Counted from the stretch's first letter, positions 48,182-58,235 are shown. The stretch is 64,000 nucleotides of DNA from a bacterium (GCA_963662285.2 CAXXMV010000001.1:1088001-1152000); one strand, 5' to 3'. A program made the numbers and translations. The notes: generated from the sequence alone by a model not told the origin.

Positions 48182-49534
48182 ATGAAATACTATATTCAAT
48201 CATTCGGCTGTCAGATGAACGTTTACGATACAAAATCTCTAATGGGATTACTGAATTCCGCCGGACACGTATTTACAGACAATCTTAAAGAAGCCGAAAT
48301 GATATTACTGAATACTTGCGCAATAAGAGAAGGCGCAGAAGAACGGGTGCGCGGTCGCATTGGTGAGCTGAAGCGCTTAAAAAAACAAGGCTCTTTAAGA
48401 TATTTAGGCGTTTGCGGCTGCATGGGACAAAAAGAAGGAAATCGCTTGACCGATTCGGCTTCTCATCTTGATCTGGTTATGGGGCCTGGCGCCATAGGTA
48501 ATATTGTGAACTTGGTTGACCGTATTATGCAGGGCGAGCGCCCCGTAATTGATATAACTGGAATTGACGATGAGTACGACGAGATACCTCCTTTGGAAAC
48601 TGACGAGGTATCATATCCACGCTTTGTATCGGTAATGATGGGATGCGATAAAAGGTGCACTTATTGCATTGTTCCTTATACTAGAGGAGGAGAACGCTCC
48701 CGTAATCCTCAGATTATACTAAAAGAAGTAGAAAGTTTGGCGCAAAAAGGATTTAGAGAAATAACCCTGATTGGTCAAACGGTAAATTCTTATCAATATC
48801 AGGACGTTAATTTTGCCAAATTGCTGGAAATGACCAATGATATCCCCGGCATCCAGCGAATTCGTTTTGCCACTTCGCATCCCGGTTCGGTCACTCGTGA
48901 GATGTTGGACGCTATATGTAGTTTGGATCGAGTATGTGAACAACTACATTTGCCCATTCAATCAGGCAGCAACCGAATATTAAATGGGATGGCGCGTAAT
49001 TATACGCGCGAGGAATATATAGATAATATCAATTATTTCCGGGATTTGTTTAAGGATTCGCAAACGCCTATATCTGTAACTACGGATATAATTGTCGGTT
49101 TTCCGGGCGAGACGGAAGAAGATTTTGAACAGACCATGGAACTAATGCGTCAAATACGTTTTGATGCGGCCTATATGTTCAAATTTTCCGCACGGCGGGG
49201 TACTCCAGCGGCGACAATGCCTGACCAGATATCTGAAATGATCAAATCAAGTAGATTGGATCGCCTCATAAAACAGCAACAGGGTATCGCCCGTGAATTA
49301 AATGATACCCAACTGGGAAAAAATGTTGAAGTTATGGTGGAGCGGGTATGCGACACGCAAAACCGGGGCGAATTTTATGAAGCGCGTATGCGCACCGGCC
49401 GGGTAGTGAAATTTGATAAGTCTTCTGATCTTTACAAATGCGGTGATATATTGGAAGTTAATATAGAAGATTGTACGGCCTATGCATTATTTGGAAAACC
49501 AGTGAAAAAAGGTGGAGAAGTTCATGCAGCGTAA
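48182..49534 (+). CDS. miaB: tRNA (N6-isopentenyl adenosine(37)-C2)-methylthiotransferase
   Basis: FGCQMNVYD, NTCAIRE, radical SAM CDKRCTYC, RFATSHP, DIIVGFPGET, C-terminal TRAM domain. Confidence 0.96.
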   Translation: MKYYIQSFGCQMNVYDTKSLMGLLNSAGHVFTDNLKEAEMILLNTCAIREGAEERVRGRIGELKRLKKQGSLRYLGVCGCMGQKEGNRLTDSASHLDLVMGPGAIGNIVNLVDRIMQGERPVIDITGIDDEYDEIPPLETDEVSYPRFVSVMMGCDKRCTYCIVPYTRGGERSRNPQIILKEVESLAQKGFREITLIGQTVNSYQYQDVNFAKLLEMTNDIPGIQRIRFATSHPGSVTREMLDAICSLDRVCEQLHLPIQSGSNRILNGMARNYTREEYIDNINYFRDLFKDSQTPISVTTDIIVGFPGETEEDFEQTMELMRQIRFDAAYMFKFSARRGTPAATMPDQISEMIKSSRLDRLIKQQQGIARELNDTQLGKNVEVMVERVCDTQNRGEFYEARMRTGRVVKFDKSSDLYKCGDILEVNIEDCTAYALFGKPVKKGGEVHAA

Positions 49535-50369
49535 TACTTGTCTCTCTCGTTTTTTACTTAGCGGACTATTGATTTTTATTATAAGTGGTTTATCTGCTTG
49601 GAGATGTGAAGCGCAGTCTCTCGGCGCTTTTCGTCAGAACTACGATCCCAGAACCAAAAGTTCGATTGAAAAAATGCAGCGATTGTTGATCATAGGAGAC
49701 CTGGAAGAAGCGCAAAACCAGTTAAAACGAATTGTCGATGGAGTAGGATATATCTATCCATTGGCCAAGATATTCTATCAACTTGCTCAGAATGATACGG
49801 ATGGAGTGGTTTTGGCGAAACGGTATATCTCCATCGTCGATCACTGGCCGGACTCAGCCTGGGCGCAAAAGTCGGTGGTGGAACTGATCCCACTGATTTT
49901 GATGAGCGATGGAGAATTGTGCAAGCAAGAAGAATCTATTATATGGAACAATCAGGCCAATTTACTCGCTGCTTCACAAGACGCCGCTGAAGTGGGCGAT
50001 ACGCCGCAAGACCTGATATCCGATGTTTATCTGCAACTGCTTCATTTAGCTCATTTTCGTATAGACTCACCCCGCGTTAATTCCCTGATCCAACAAATCC
50101 CGTCTCGCGCTGAACCTTACCGCGATCAGATTGAATTAGCATCAGCTTATGCTTTACTGCGTACTGAAAAAATCGGCGGGAAAGAGAAATCCAGGGCGGC
50201 TTTTGATCAGTGGCTTGATAAGTATAAAGAATCAAACTTTCGTCCATTAGCATTGTACGCCTTGTTTTTATCCTCAGACAATGAGGCTCAAGTGGATCAA
50301 GCATGGAGCCGTCTGGTGGAAGAATATTACGATAGCATCGAAGCAATATATGCGCGATCCAATCTATAA
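49524..50369 (+). CDS. secreted TPR-like helical protein
   Basis: Signal peptide; helical repeats WPDSAWA, YKESNFR and YYDSIEA resembling TPR/BamD-like ends. Confidence 0.6.
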   Translation: MQRNTCLSRFLLSGLLIFIISGLSAWRCEAQSLGAFRQNYDPRTKSSIEKMQRLLIIGDLEEAQNQLKRIVDGVGYIYPLAKIFYQLAQNDTDGVVLAKRYISIVDHWPDSAWAQKSVVELIPLILMSDGELCKQEESIIWNNQANLLAASQDAAEVGDTPQDLISDVYLQLLHLAHFRIDSPRVNSLIQQIPSRAEPYRDQIELASAYALLRTEKIGGKEKSRAAFDQWLDKYKESNFRPLALYALFLSSDNEAQVDQAWSRLVEEYYDSIEAIYARSNL

Positions 50370-50423
50370 TTCTCATCAAATCTCTATGAGATGCAAAGAA
50401 TTACCCAAAACCTTACCCGCTCC

Positions 50424-50452
50424 TTGACTGTATATAGTTCGGCAGCTATCCT
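50424..50452 (+). promoter_or_regulatory. sigma70-type promoter of rplM-rpsI
   Basis: TTGACT, 17 bp, TATCCT, ending 45 nt upstream of the rplM ATG. Confidence 0.65.
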
Positions 50453-50497
50453 TATTAGCTCGTTTGCATGCAATTTCCCTGTAAGACAGGTAGGATA

Positions 50498-50935
50498 ATG
50501 AAAACCCATATTGCTACACAAAAAGAAATTAATGAGACGCATGCCTTTCATCTGATCGACGCCGATGGCGTTGTTCTTGGACGATTGGCCACTACGGTTG
50601 CGGTGCTTCTTCGCGGTAAACATAAACCTATTTTTACTCCATTCCTGGATACTGGCGACCATGTAATTATCGTCAATGCGGAGAAGATAGTGCTAACCGG
50701 TAACAAGCTTGAAAACAAGAAGGTTATTCATCACACCACTTATCCCGGCGGATTTCGTGAAAAGAAATATCGTCTTGCTATGGAAGATGAACCCGATCAG
50801 GTGATCAAGAAGGCGATTTGGGGAATGCTCCCCAAGAATCGTTTGGGGCGGAAAATGTTAAAGAAGCTGCGGATATATCGCGGTTCGAATCATCCACATT
50901 CTGCGGCGCAACCCACTCCATTCGAGATTAAGTAA
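50498..50935 (+). CDS. rplM: 50S ribosomal protein L13
   Basis: IDADGVVLGRLAT, LRGKHKP, DTGDHVI, GMLPKN and HPHSAAQP. Confidence 0.99.
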   Translation: MKTHIATQKEINETHAFHLIDADGVVLGRLATTVAVLLRGKHKPIFTPFLDTGDHVIIVNAEKIVLTGNKLENKKVIHHTTYPGGFREKKYRLAMEDEPDQVIKKAIWGMLPKNRLGRKMLKKLRIYRGSNHPHSAAQPTPFEIK

Positions 50936-50944
50936 AGGAGATAA

Positions 50945-51346
50945 TTGGTGATGGCTGGTAAGCATATAGCATACGGAACCGGACGAAGAAAATGCTCAGT
51001 AGCTCGAGTTTATTTGAAGAACGGTACCGGAGAAATTATTATCAATGGCCGACCCTCAAGAGATTATCTGATGCGTGAAACGCTTCAGATGATTGTTGAG
51101 CAGCCTTTCGAAGTGACCGAGAGCAAAGGTAAATATGATATTTACGCTAATATTTGCGGCGGCGGTTTAACCGGACAAGCTGGCGCGCTTCGTCATGGCA
51201 TTTCACGCGCCTTGATTGCCTTAGACCTCAAATTGAGACCTACGCTGAAAAAAGCCGGGTTCCTCACGCGTGACCCGCGTATGGTCGAACGTAAGAAATA
51301 CGGTCGTCCCGGCGCGCGTAAACGCTTCCAGTTCTCCAAACGTTAA
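50945..51346 (+). CDS. rpsI: 30S ribosomal protein S9
   Basis: [16 protein letters not shown] and [14 protein letters not shown]...QFSKR. Confidence 0.99.
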   Translation: MVMAGKHIAYGTGRRKCSVARVYLKNGTGEIIINGRPSRDYLMRETLQMIVEQPFEVTESKGKYDIYANICGGGLTGQAGALRHGISRALIALDLKLRPTLKKAGFLTRDPRMVERKKYGRPGARKRFQFSKR

Positions 51347-51377
51347 TTTTGGCGATACTACAAACTTATTGAGATTC

Positions 51378-51407
51378 AAGGGGTTAGATATTCATCTAAC
51401 CCCTTTT
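51378..51407 (+). terminator. intrinsic terminator of rplM-rpsI
   Basis: AAGGGGTTAGAT-attc-ATCTAACCCCTTTT. Confidence 0.85.
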
Positions 51408-51532
51408 CCTCGTTTTAAGGAATTTCACGAATTATTGCATGTATAAGAGAGATTGATTCACCAATTGGCATCAAACGTTTATCCGCCAAGACAGGAGTCT
51501 TGAAATCATACGCCTATTTCCGGCTGCTGCTA

Positions 51533-52567
51533 TCAAGGAGCGATTAGAGCTTTTATGACTCCATCTGCTTTGAAGTGCGCCATTTGGAAGGCGTCTCCGA
51601 TTTCGTTTAGGGGGAAGGTGTGGGTAGCCAGTGGTTGCAGGTCTAGCAAGCCTTCTGAAACCATGCGGATTGATTCGGGGTAATTCTTGGGTAAAGAGCG
51701 GCGCACCTGTTGGATTAGAAGTTCTTTGCGTCGCGCTGCGGTGAAGTCTATCGGCATGGCGCCTTGGGGATAAATGCCGATGATGCATACCATCCCGCCG
51801 GGGCGCGCTAATTCGAGCGCCATCTGGTATGATTCCGGTTCTCCCGCCGTCTCGAAGATATAGTCAGGGCCATAGGTTGTAGTCTTTTTAAGGTGTTCTT
51901 TGATCGGATCAATGTCATCGGGATTAAAGGCGAATGAACAACCAAGTTTATTGGCCATTTCGCGTCGCTCTTTGACCGGTTCGGTGATGAGGACGACATT
52001 CGCGCCTTGTTGCTGCAATACCAGCATGGTCAGCAGACCGACCGAACCGGCGCCCAGGATGGCGCAATTTTTGCCCCGCAGATCAGGGACCAGTTCAGCG
52101 GCATGAATAGCCACAGCCAGCGTCTCCAGTAATGGCCCGATATCATCAGGAACGTTATCGGGCATGAGGTATACATTCTCAATAGGCGCGGTAATAAATT
52201 CTGCGAAGGCGCCCTGGTATGGAGGAAAACCAGTGAATTTTACGCCGGGGCAGATATTAGGTCGCCCCGCCAGACAGAAAGGGCATACGCCGCAATGACG
52301 CGCGGGATCAACCGCAACCCTGGTTCCTACTGGAGGTGAACCAGCTACGTCGCAGGAGTCTTCGATGACGCCGCTGAATTCATGCCCCATTAGGAAAGGA
52401 TTAGTCAGAATCACTTCGCCGATGCGTCCTGATTCGTAGAAATGGATATCTGATCCGCATACCCCGGTGCGTTTGACGCGCACGATAATTTCGTTTTCGC
52501 CCGGTTGAGGCTGGTCTATATCTTGAATCTCGAATTGTCCCGGTGCAGTTAATAGAGCGGCTTTCAT
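51533..52567 (-). CDS. zinc-dependent alcohol/polyol dehydrogenase (sorbitol dehydrogenase-like MDR)
   Basis: GVCGSD, GHEFSG, structural Zn CGVCPFC...C and GAGSVG. Confidence 0.95.
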   Translation of the reverse strand: MKAALLTAPGQFEIQDIDQPQPGENEIIVRVKRTGVCGSDIHFYESGRIGEVILTNPFLMGHEFSGVIEDSCDVAGSPPVGTRVAVDPARHCGVCPFCLAGRPNICPGVKFTGFPPYQGAFAEFITAPIENVYLMPDNVPDDIGPLLETLAVAIHAAELVPDLRGKNCAILGAGSVGLLTMLVLQQQGANVVLITEPVKERREMANKLGCSFAFNPDDIDPIKEHLKKTTTYGPDYIFETAGEPESYQMALELARPGGMVCIIGIYPQGAMPIDFTAARRKELLIQQVRRSLPKNYPESIRMVSEGLLDLQPLATHTFPLNEIGDAFQMAHFKADGVIKALIAP

Positions 52568-52588
52568 GTTAATTCCCTTTTATCTGTT

Positions 52589-53197
52589 TCACCCACCTGC
52601 GATTACTGGAACGCCGGTTACATTTCCACCCCAGCGGCCAATATCGCCTCCGCTGATTAAGCCATTGCTTGCATTGTACATGCGCTGCCGCCCGTGGTCT
52701 CCTGTATTGGTTTTACTTTCAACGTATACCCATTCAATAGCGTTCTGCAAACGGTCTGGTCCCCAGCTGGCGAGGCAGTATCCTTTGGTGCTGAGGTCTT
52801 GGCGGTTTACGGCAATCATCCAGGTATGCCATCCGGCTGGTGGATTAGCCATGAAGTGATAATTAAAGTAGAGATAACTCTCTACATCGTTGCCGGTGTT
52901 GCCTTGCTTAGCTTTGAAAATATCTTTGAAACCAACGCTGCTGATGTATGAGACCGGCGTAGTCAGACCTTTCATGTCAACCGTGAGATGAGATGCATTA
53001 TTGGGATGGCTGTTGCAATCGATATAATAGGAATCAATCGCGGTGCTGATGGCTTTTAAGTCGGCATTGGTGCGGGCGATTCTGGCTCTCAATTGAGCAT
53101 TGAGAAAATTAGGCACGGCTATGGCTGCCAGAATTCCAATTATGGCTACTACAATTAATAACTCGATTAAGGTGAATCCCCGGCTCTTTATAGTCAT
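52589..53197 (-). CDS. prepilin-type N-terminal cleavage/methylation domain protein
   Basis: MTIKSRG-FTLIELLIVVAIIGILAAIAVPNFLNA; LTTPVSY, SWGPDR and YNASNGLISGGDI motifs; GGAG RBS. Confidence 0.92.
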   Translation of the reverse strand: MTIKSRGFTLIELLIVVAIIGILAAIAVPNFLNAQLRARIARTNADLKAISTAIDSYYIDCNSHPNNASHLTVDMKGLTTPVSYISSVGFKDIFKAKQGNTGNDVESYLYFNYHFMANPPAGWHTWMIAVNRQDLSTKGYCLASWGPDRLQNAIEWVYVESKTNTGDHGRQRMYNASNGLISGGDIGRWGGNVTGVPVIAGG

Positions 53198-53393
53198 GTG
53201 TTTTGCTCCCACTATGAGATTCCATGTTCATTTTAACACTTTTTAATCGTAACGCAGGCCTTTAATTAGCGTAATACCTACTGCTTGAAATACGCATAAA
53301 TATATCGGGAACGTTTTACTCGCCGCTTTGCTTCTATTGATATATAATAATAAAAGCGGCGTCAAATTGTCTGATAAATCGAGAGTTAATTGA

Positions 53394-56312
53394 GTGACTT
53401 TTTATAAATGCTTCTCGCAAAACATATCTATAAAGCGATATTTGTGTCTGGCGGTAATGATTCTATCTGGTTTTATCGCTCAGGCCGCCGGACCATTGTA
53501 TGTTTCTGATGGTAAACCGACATTATGGCCGGATGACAGCCTTCCCATCGAGTATAACCTGGATTTGGGAGGACTTGGGCCATTCGACCACCAAACTGCG
53601 GTTGATTTGATCATAAATGCGTTTAATCAATGGCAGGAAGTTCCATATACCGCTATGAGTTTCGAGCGAGGTTCTGATCTTCCGGTTGATGTTAATGGTT
53701 CAAATTCATACAGATATTTAGATGGCGCCTATGGCAATGCCAATCCCATTATTTTTGATAACGACGGTTCCATTATCCGGTCTTTATTCGGCATTGGTTC
53801 AGAATCAAACATTCTAGGCTTCGGAGGAGCGGTTTCCTATTCTGGAGGTAAAATTACAAAAGCCCAGGCTGTGTTTAACGGCCGGGCGGCGGAAGAGTCT
53901 GAGATGAGCGCAAATGCCGTTCTTTCAACTGTTTTGCATGAACTTGGGCACTTTATAGGATTGGATCATTCTCAGCAGTTCCGCCATCTGGCTTATGATT
54001 GGGTCGGATGGAATGATGTTTTTGCTCCTATCATGCTGCCCACCGCCGCTGATGATGATTCGTTTCGAATCCATCTTTCCGATGATGATAAATACGCACT
54101 TCAAATACTTTACCCATCGATCGATGCTTCAGATCAAACCGGAACTCTGCAAGGAGTCGTACAAAGGGATGGTCTTGATTCGCCGGGCGTAAATGTAATC
54201 GCACGCCGAATTGGCTCCGTAACAAATCAAACATTTTCAACTGTTACGGGAACCTACCATACAAATCAAGGCAATTTTTCATTCACTCACCTGCCTGCAG
54301 GGCAATATCAGTTATTTATCGAGCCGATTGATCCTTCATATAATAGCATTTCGTCTGTTGGACAGTATGCGGATTCCATGTCAGGTCGTTCGTTTAACAA
54401 TCAACTAGCCATGCAATCTTATCATGTGGATGGCGCAGCTGCTTCACGCAGCGCCTGGTCTCCGATTGTTATCAAAGCAGGAGAGACGGTTGATGATATC
54501 GTGATATCAGTGCAATCGGGTAGAGCCAAAAGCGATGAAACCGATGCTGTTCTGCTTTCTTTTGACGCTCCAGAAGCTGGCGCGGTATCCAGTAATAGTT
54601 ATTCGGCATTTCAATATCTCCTGGCGCCATCTGGCGAGGAAAATAGCATTGAAATTACAGTTAAGGCCGATGATGCTGATTCTCTGTTTGAAATTCTGAT
54701 TCAACAAGGCTCTCGCGCATCATTCTCCAGCCCATCATCTCAAATCAGTGAGCATGGTTTAGCCAGAGTCAGGATTGGCAATAGTGGAGAAATGGGCTTA
54801 TCAGAAGACCGCTATTTCATTGCGGTGCGAAACCTTAGTTTGGGAGATATTTCATTCATTATACAGGCTTCTACAATTCCCGAATTAATCCCCACTCCAA
54901 CCGAAACGCCTATTTATACTCCTACACCAACCGAAACTCCAACAGAAACACCCACTGAAACGCCTTGGCCAACGCCGACTACGACAATGACGCCTACAAT
55001 GACGCCCCGCCCGACGCCGACTGCTATCGAAGTGAATCCATATCTTGGTTTCACGGCAATTGATGAGATTGGCGGCACTTATCTACGCGGGGCGGCGGTG
55101 CATAATTTTGATATCGGCATCACTGGCAATAATGGCAAGATCGCTGTTGAGGGCGTATATGATGGCCTCCCTGATCCATCGGCTTTAGGGCCGTTTTTAA
55201 TATCCGGCAATGTTTTTTATCCTATTGCGCAGGATATTGAGTTTTCCGGGGAACGGGTCGCCGAAGGCAATGGTTCGGAAGGCGTATATTTTCTGATTGG
55301 CGGCTATCTGAACCGTATTCCTCCGGTATCTGGTCGCCTTGGTGCGACAGGGGGCGTCAACCGGGGTGGAATCGATGCCAATAATAATCCTTTGGATAAC
55401 ATTGATTTCGATGCATATTCTGGTGATTTAATTGAGGTTGTCCGTTTTACTGATGAGTCCGGCGTCAAATATTCATCTCCACTGGTTGATATTGAACCGG
55501 CGGGGAACGGTGGATTCTATGTACTTGACCAATACGGGCGCATCTATGCGGAAGGCGATGCTTTGGAATCGCTTGATGCGGCGTCTCCTCCCCCATCAAT
55601 GAATGCCGATGCCAAAGCAGTTGATCTGGAAATCTACCGCGGGCGGGAAATAGATATTTCTAATAGCCGTTACAGTACGGATATGATCGGAAAGGGAGCG
55701 TATATTCTAGATAGTTTTGGAACTATCTATACGCTGGGCGACGCGCCATTGGTCAATGCGGAGAACCTGCCCGTTTTGACGGAAGAGGCGCCCTTCATAT
55801 ATCATGATATTGAATTAATTCCTGATCCCAATGGGATGGCATTCATCGGACTAGGCGTATTGCGTGGAGACGGGATTATCTTTTTCGCGCCATTTGAAGA
55901 TGTAGAAGTTACTGAACAAATTGAAGAATATATTCGATTTTTGAATCCATTCAGCCAAATTTCACGGGGATTCAATTTTGATATCGCTCGTGGCTTTGAA
56001 GTTGAAATCAGCGATTATCCTATATATGGCCTGGATAAGCATGGAGAAACCATTAAAACATCTACCCGCAGAATCGGCGTCTTTATGCTGGATGGTTTTG
56101 GAGGGATACATACAGGTGGGAGATCGACGCTTTATATCCCTGCATTTGGCGTTTCCGGAGAAGATCAGCGCATAATTGATGGTTTTTCCGCAGTCCCATA
56201 TCCAGCCAATATTCCATACTTTGGAGTAGATATTGTGAAGGATATAGAAATCGCGCCCTTGATTCACCGTTCTACAACGGCTAAACAGATTAATAGGCTT
56301 TTATTGCGATGA
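53394..56312 (+). CDS. secreted matrixin-like (metzincin) metalloprotease with Ig-like domains, Pro/Thr linker and C-terminal repeat domain
   Basis: Signal peptide; HELGHFIGLDH; Met-turn PIMLP; PGVNVIAR carboxypeptidase-regulatory-like domain; PT repeats; about 420-aa C-terminal domain. Confidence 0.88.
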   Translation: MTFYKCFSQNISIKRYLCLAVMILSGFIAQAAGPLYVSDGKPTLWPDDSLPIEYNLDLGGLGPFDHQTAVDLIINAFNQWQEVPYTAMSFERGSDLPVDVNGSNSYRYLDGAYGNANPIIFDNDGSIIRSLFGIGSESNILGFGGAVSYSGGKITKAQAVFNGRAAEESEMSANAVLSTVLHELGHFIGLDHSQQFRHLAYDWVGWNDVFAPIMLPTAADDDSFRIHLSDDDKYALQILYPSIDASDQTGTLQGVVQRDGLDSPGVNVIARRIGSVTNQTFSTVTGTYHTNQGNFSFTHLPAGQYQLFIEPIDPSYNSISSVGQYADSMSGRSFNNQLAMQSYHVDGAAASRSAWSPIVIKAGETVDDIVISVQSGRAKSDETDAVLLSFDAPEAGAVSSNSYSAFQYLLAPSGEENSIEITVKADDADSLFEILIQQGSRASFSSPSSQISEHGLARVRIGNSGEMGLSEDRYFIAVRNLSLGDISFIIQASTIPELIPTPTETPIYTPTPTETPTETPTETPWPTPTTTMTPTMTPRPTPTAIEVNPYLGFTAIDEIGGTYLRGAAVHNFDIGITGNNGKIAVEGVYDGLPDPSALGPFLISGNVFYPIAQDIEFSGERVAEGNGSEGVYFLIGGYLNRIPPVSGRLGATGGVNRGGIDANNNPLDNIDFDAYSGDLIEVVRFTDESGVKYSSPLVDIEPAGNGGFYVLDQYGRIYAEGDALESLDAASPPPSMNADAKAVDLEIYRGREIDISNSRYSTDMIGKGAYILDSFGTIYTLGDAPLVNAENLPVLTEEAPFIYHDIELIPDPNGMAFIGLGVLRGDGIIFFAPFEDVEVTEQIEEYIRFLNPFSQISRGFNFDIARGFEVEISDYPIYGLDKHGETIKTSTRRIGVFMLDGFGGIHTGGRSTLYIPAFGVSGEDQRIIDGFSAVPYPANIPYFGVDIVKDIEIAPLIHRSTTAKQINRLLLR
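54891..55022 (+). repeat. Pro/Thr-rich linker coding repeat
   Basis: PTPTETPIYTPTPTETPTETPTETPWPTPTTTMTPTMTPRPTPT. Confidence 0.9.
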
Positions 56313-58213
56313 AGCCTAATAGCAAATTAATAAAGATATGGGTGAGAATGATACGAGTAATTTATAGAAATTTGTCCTACATGCATTTCTCTGCAAATTA
56401 TTGTCTTGGTTTTATTATAACTCTTGTTTGTTTAGGGTGTTTGCTAATAAATCCAGCCTGGTCCGGAGGTCCATTGATCGTCACAAATGGCATTCCTGCA
56501 TTATGGCCGGAAAATAAAACTATTGTTTATACTATAGATCAAGGCGCCCTGGGAACCTTTAGCAATCTGCAAGCGTCAAGCATGATAACCCGCGCTTTTA
56601 ACCAATGGAATCAGGTCTCGACGTCATGGCTGACCTTTACCCGCAATGCAGAGTCATTGCCGGTTGATGTCACCTCATATAATTTTGAACAAATCCTTGA
56701 CAGTCTACCCGATAATTCAAATCCTATCATCTTTGATAACGACGGAGAAATCATCGAGGCTTTAGCAGGCCAATATTCGAAAAGTTACATTTTAGGATTC
56801 GCCAGCGTCCATTCGTATGGCAATGAAATTGTCATGACGCGCTCTTATTACAATGGCTACTTCATCACGCAACAAAAACAAACTGAGGCTCAAATTTTCT
56901 CAACTCTATTGCATGAGATCGGGCATATGTGTGGATTGGATCACGCCCAGCATTCCCGTCATATTGCTTTTAATAACGTGTTTACTGATGATGACGTGGT
57001 TCCCATAATGTTCCCCACCTCAACCGGTGAAGAAGATAAAAGAGACCAACTCACTTTTGATGATAAATTAGCCATCTCTAATCTATATTCAACATTATTT
57101 CACCGTACTTCTACCGGGTCTATATCCGGCGCGGTAAAACGCGATAACAAGGGCTTGCCAGGCGTGAATGTGATCGCCCGTAATATAGATGATCCGTTCA
57201 AACAGGTGTCAACAACGGTAACGGGAACCTTCGATCAGAATCAAGGAACCTATGAATTAAAAGGGCTTCCGCCCGGTAATTATGAAGTGATGGTCGAAGC
57301 AATTGATGAAATGTTTAACGATTATTCCAGCGTCGGGCAATATGCGGAGAGTTCCAGTGATCGGTCATTCAGGTCGCCGATTAAACCGGAATACTACAAC
57401 CAGAATGATAGCGCAAACGAGAGCCGCAGCACTATGGATTTAGTGCAGACGTCGAAATCCAGAACCACATCCGGTATTGATATAAACGTTGACACCAGTT
57501 CTTTACCCAGTGACGAAGAGACGATTCGATTATTAGCCATAAATTCCAAAGCCAATGGCGCCGCATCAAGCAATAGTGGATCGGTGGAGTATCTTCTAGA
57601 GCCTTCCGGCAACGAAGGCTCGATTGTGATTGACGTGGAGTTTTCTTCTTCGGCAAGTTATAAGATATATGTTGAGAGGGAACGCAGCAGCGGCGCTCCC
57701 CTACTCTATACCATATCAGGTAATTCCCAGTCAAAAACGGTTGTCATTGGAGCAGATAGCAACATCCCTCTGTTTGATACCCGTTATTTTATTAATGTAT
57801 TCAATTCCGGCTCGTCTGATAAGACATTTACGATATCTGTCAGTAATCAGGATATCACTCCGTCTCCTACTCCGACGGCGACTTTTACCTCAACCCCAAC
57901 AGCGACATTTTCTCCAACACCTGAAAATACAGCAACGCCGATAGTTATAATGACGCCCACTCCCACGCCGACTTTCACCCCGACGCCTTCGCCCAGGGGG
58001 ACGCCGACTCCCAGGTCTCTGGTTGGAGATGTGAATCAGGATGGCGTGATTAATGCGCTGGATATCTTCTCTTTTTCGGTTGATTGGCAGGAGAGCGCGG
58101 CAGCGGCGGATTTCTTGTCCAATATCAATAAGAATAGATCATTGGTAATTGATTATTCCGATCTAATGAATTTGATCGAGATATATAAAACAACTAAAGA
58201 AGAGACCCCATAA
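56309..58213 (+). CDS. secreted matrixin-like (metzincin) metalloprotease with Pro/Thr linker and C-terminal dockerin-like domain
   Basis: HEIGHMCGLDH; PIMFP; PGVNVIAR; PT repeats; GDVNQDGVINALD...NINKNRSLVIDYSDL. The true start may be ATG 56381. Confidence 0.88.
   Translation: MKPNSKLIKIWVRMIRVIYRNLSYMHFSANYCLGFIITLVCLGCLLINPAWSGGPLIVTNGIPALWPENKTIVYTIDQGALGTFSNLQASSMITRAFNQWNQVSTSWLTFTRNAESLPVDVTSYNFEQILDSLPDNSNPIIFDNDGEIIEALAGQYSKSYILGFASVHSYGNEIVMTRSYYNGYFITQQKQTEAQIFSTLLHEIGHMCGLDHAQHSRHIAFNNVFTDDDVVPIMFPTSTGEEDKRDQLTFDDKLAISNLYSTLFHRTSTGSISGAVKRDNKGLPGVNVIARNIDDPFKQVSTTVTGTFDQNQGTYELKGLPPGNYEVMVEAIDEMFNDYSSVGQYAESSSDRSFRSPIKPEYYNQNDSANESRSTMDLVQTSKSRTTSGIDINVDTSSLPSDEETIRLLAINSKANGAASSNSGSVEYLLEPSGNEGSIVIDVEFSSSASYKIYVERERSSGAPLLYTISGNSQSKTVVIGADSNIPLFDTRYFINVFNSGSSDKTFTISVSNQDITPSPTPTATFTSTPTATFSPTPENTATPIVIMTPTPTPTFTPTPSPRGTPTPRSLVGDVNQDGVINALDIFSFSVDWQESAAAADFLSNINKNRSLVIDYSDLMNLIEIYKTTKEETP
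57857..58012 (+). repeat. Pro/Thr-rich linker coding repeat
   Basis: TPSPTPTATFTSTPTATFSPTPENTATPIVIMTPTPTPTFTPTPSPRGTPTP. Confidence 0.9.
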
Positions 58214-58228
58214 GCAGTCTCTTCTTTT
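58196..58228. terminator. probable bidirectional terminator between convergent genes
   Basis: AAAGAAGAGAC-N10-GTCTCTTCTTTT spanning the protease stop codon. Confidence 0.6.
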
Positions 58229-58235
58229 GGAAATT

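Noticed and set aside
53321-53361. 9-bp inverted repeat CGCCGCTTT/AAAGCGGCG between the pilin-like gene and the protease
   Set aside because: Short arms with a 23-nt spacer, single occurrence and no nearby regulator; too weak to call.
54891-58012. CRISPR-like or mobile repeats
   Set aside because: These are in-frame Pro/Thr linker codons with synonymous variation and no repeat-spacer pattern or cas genes.
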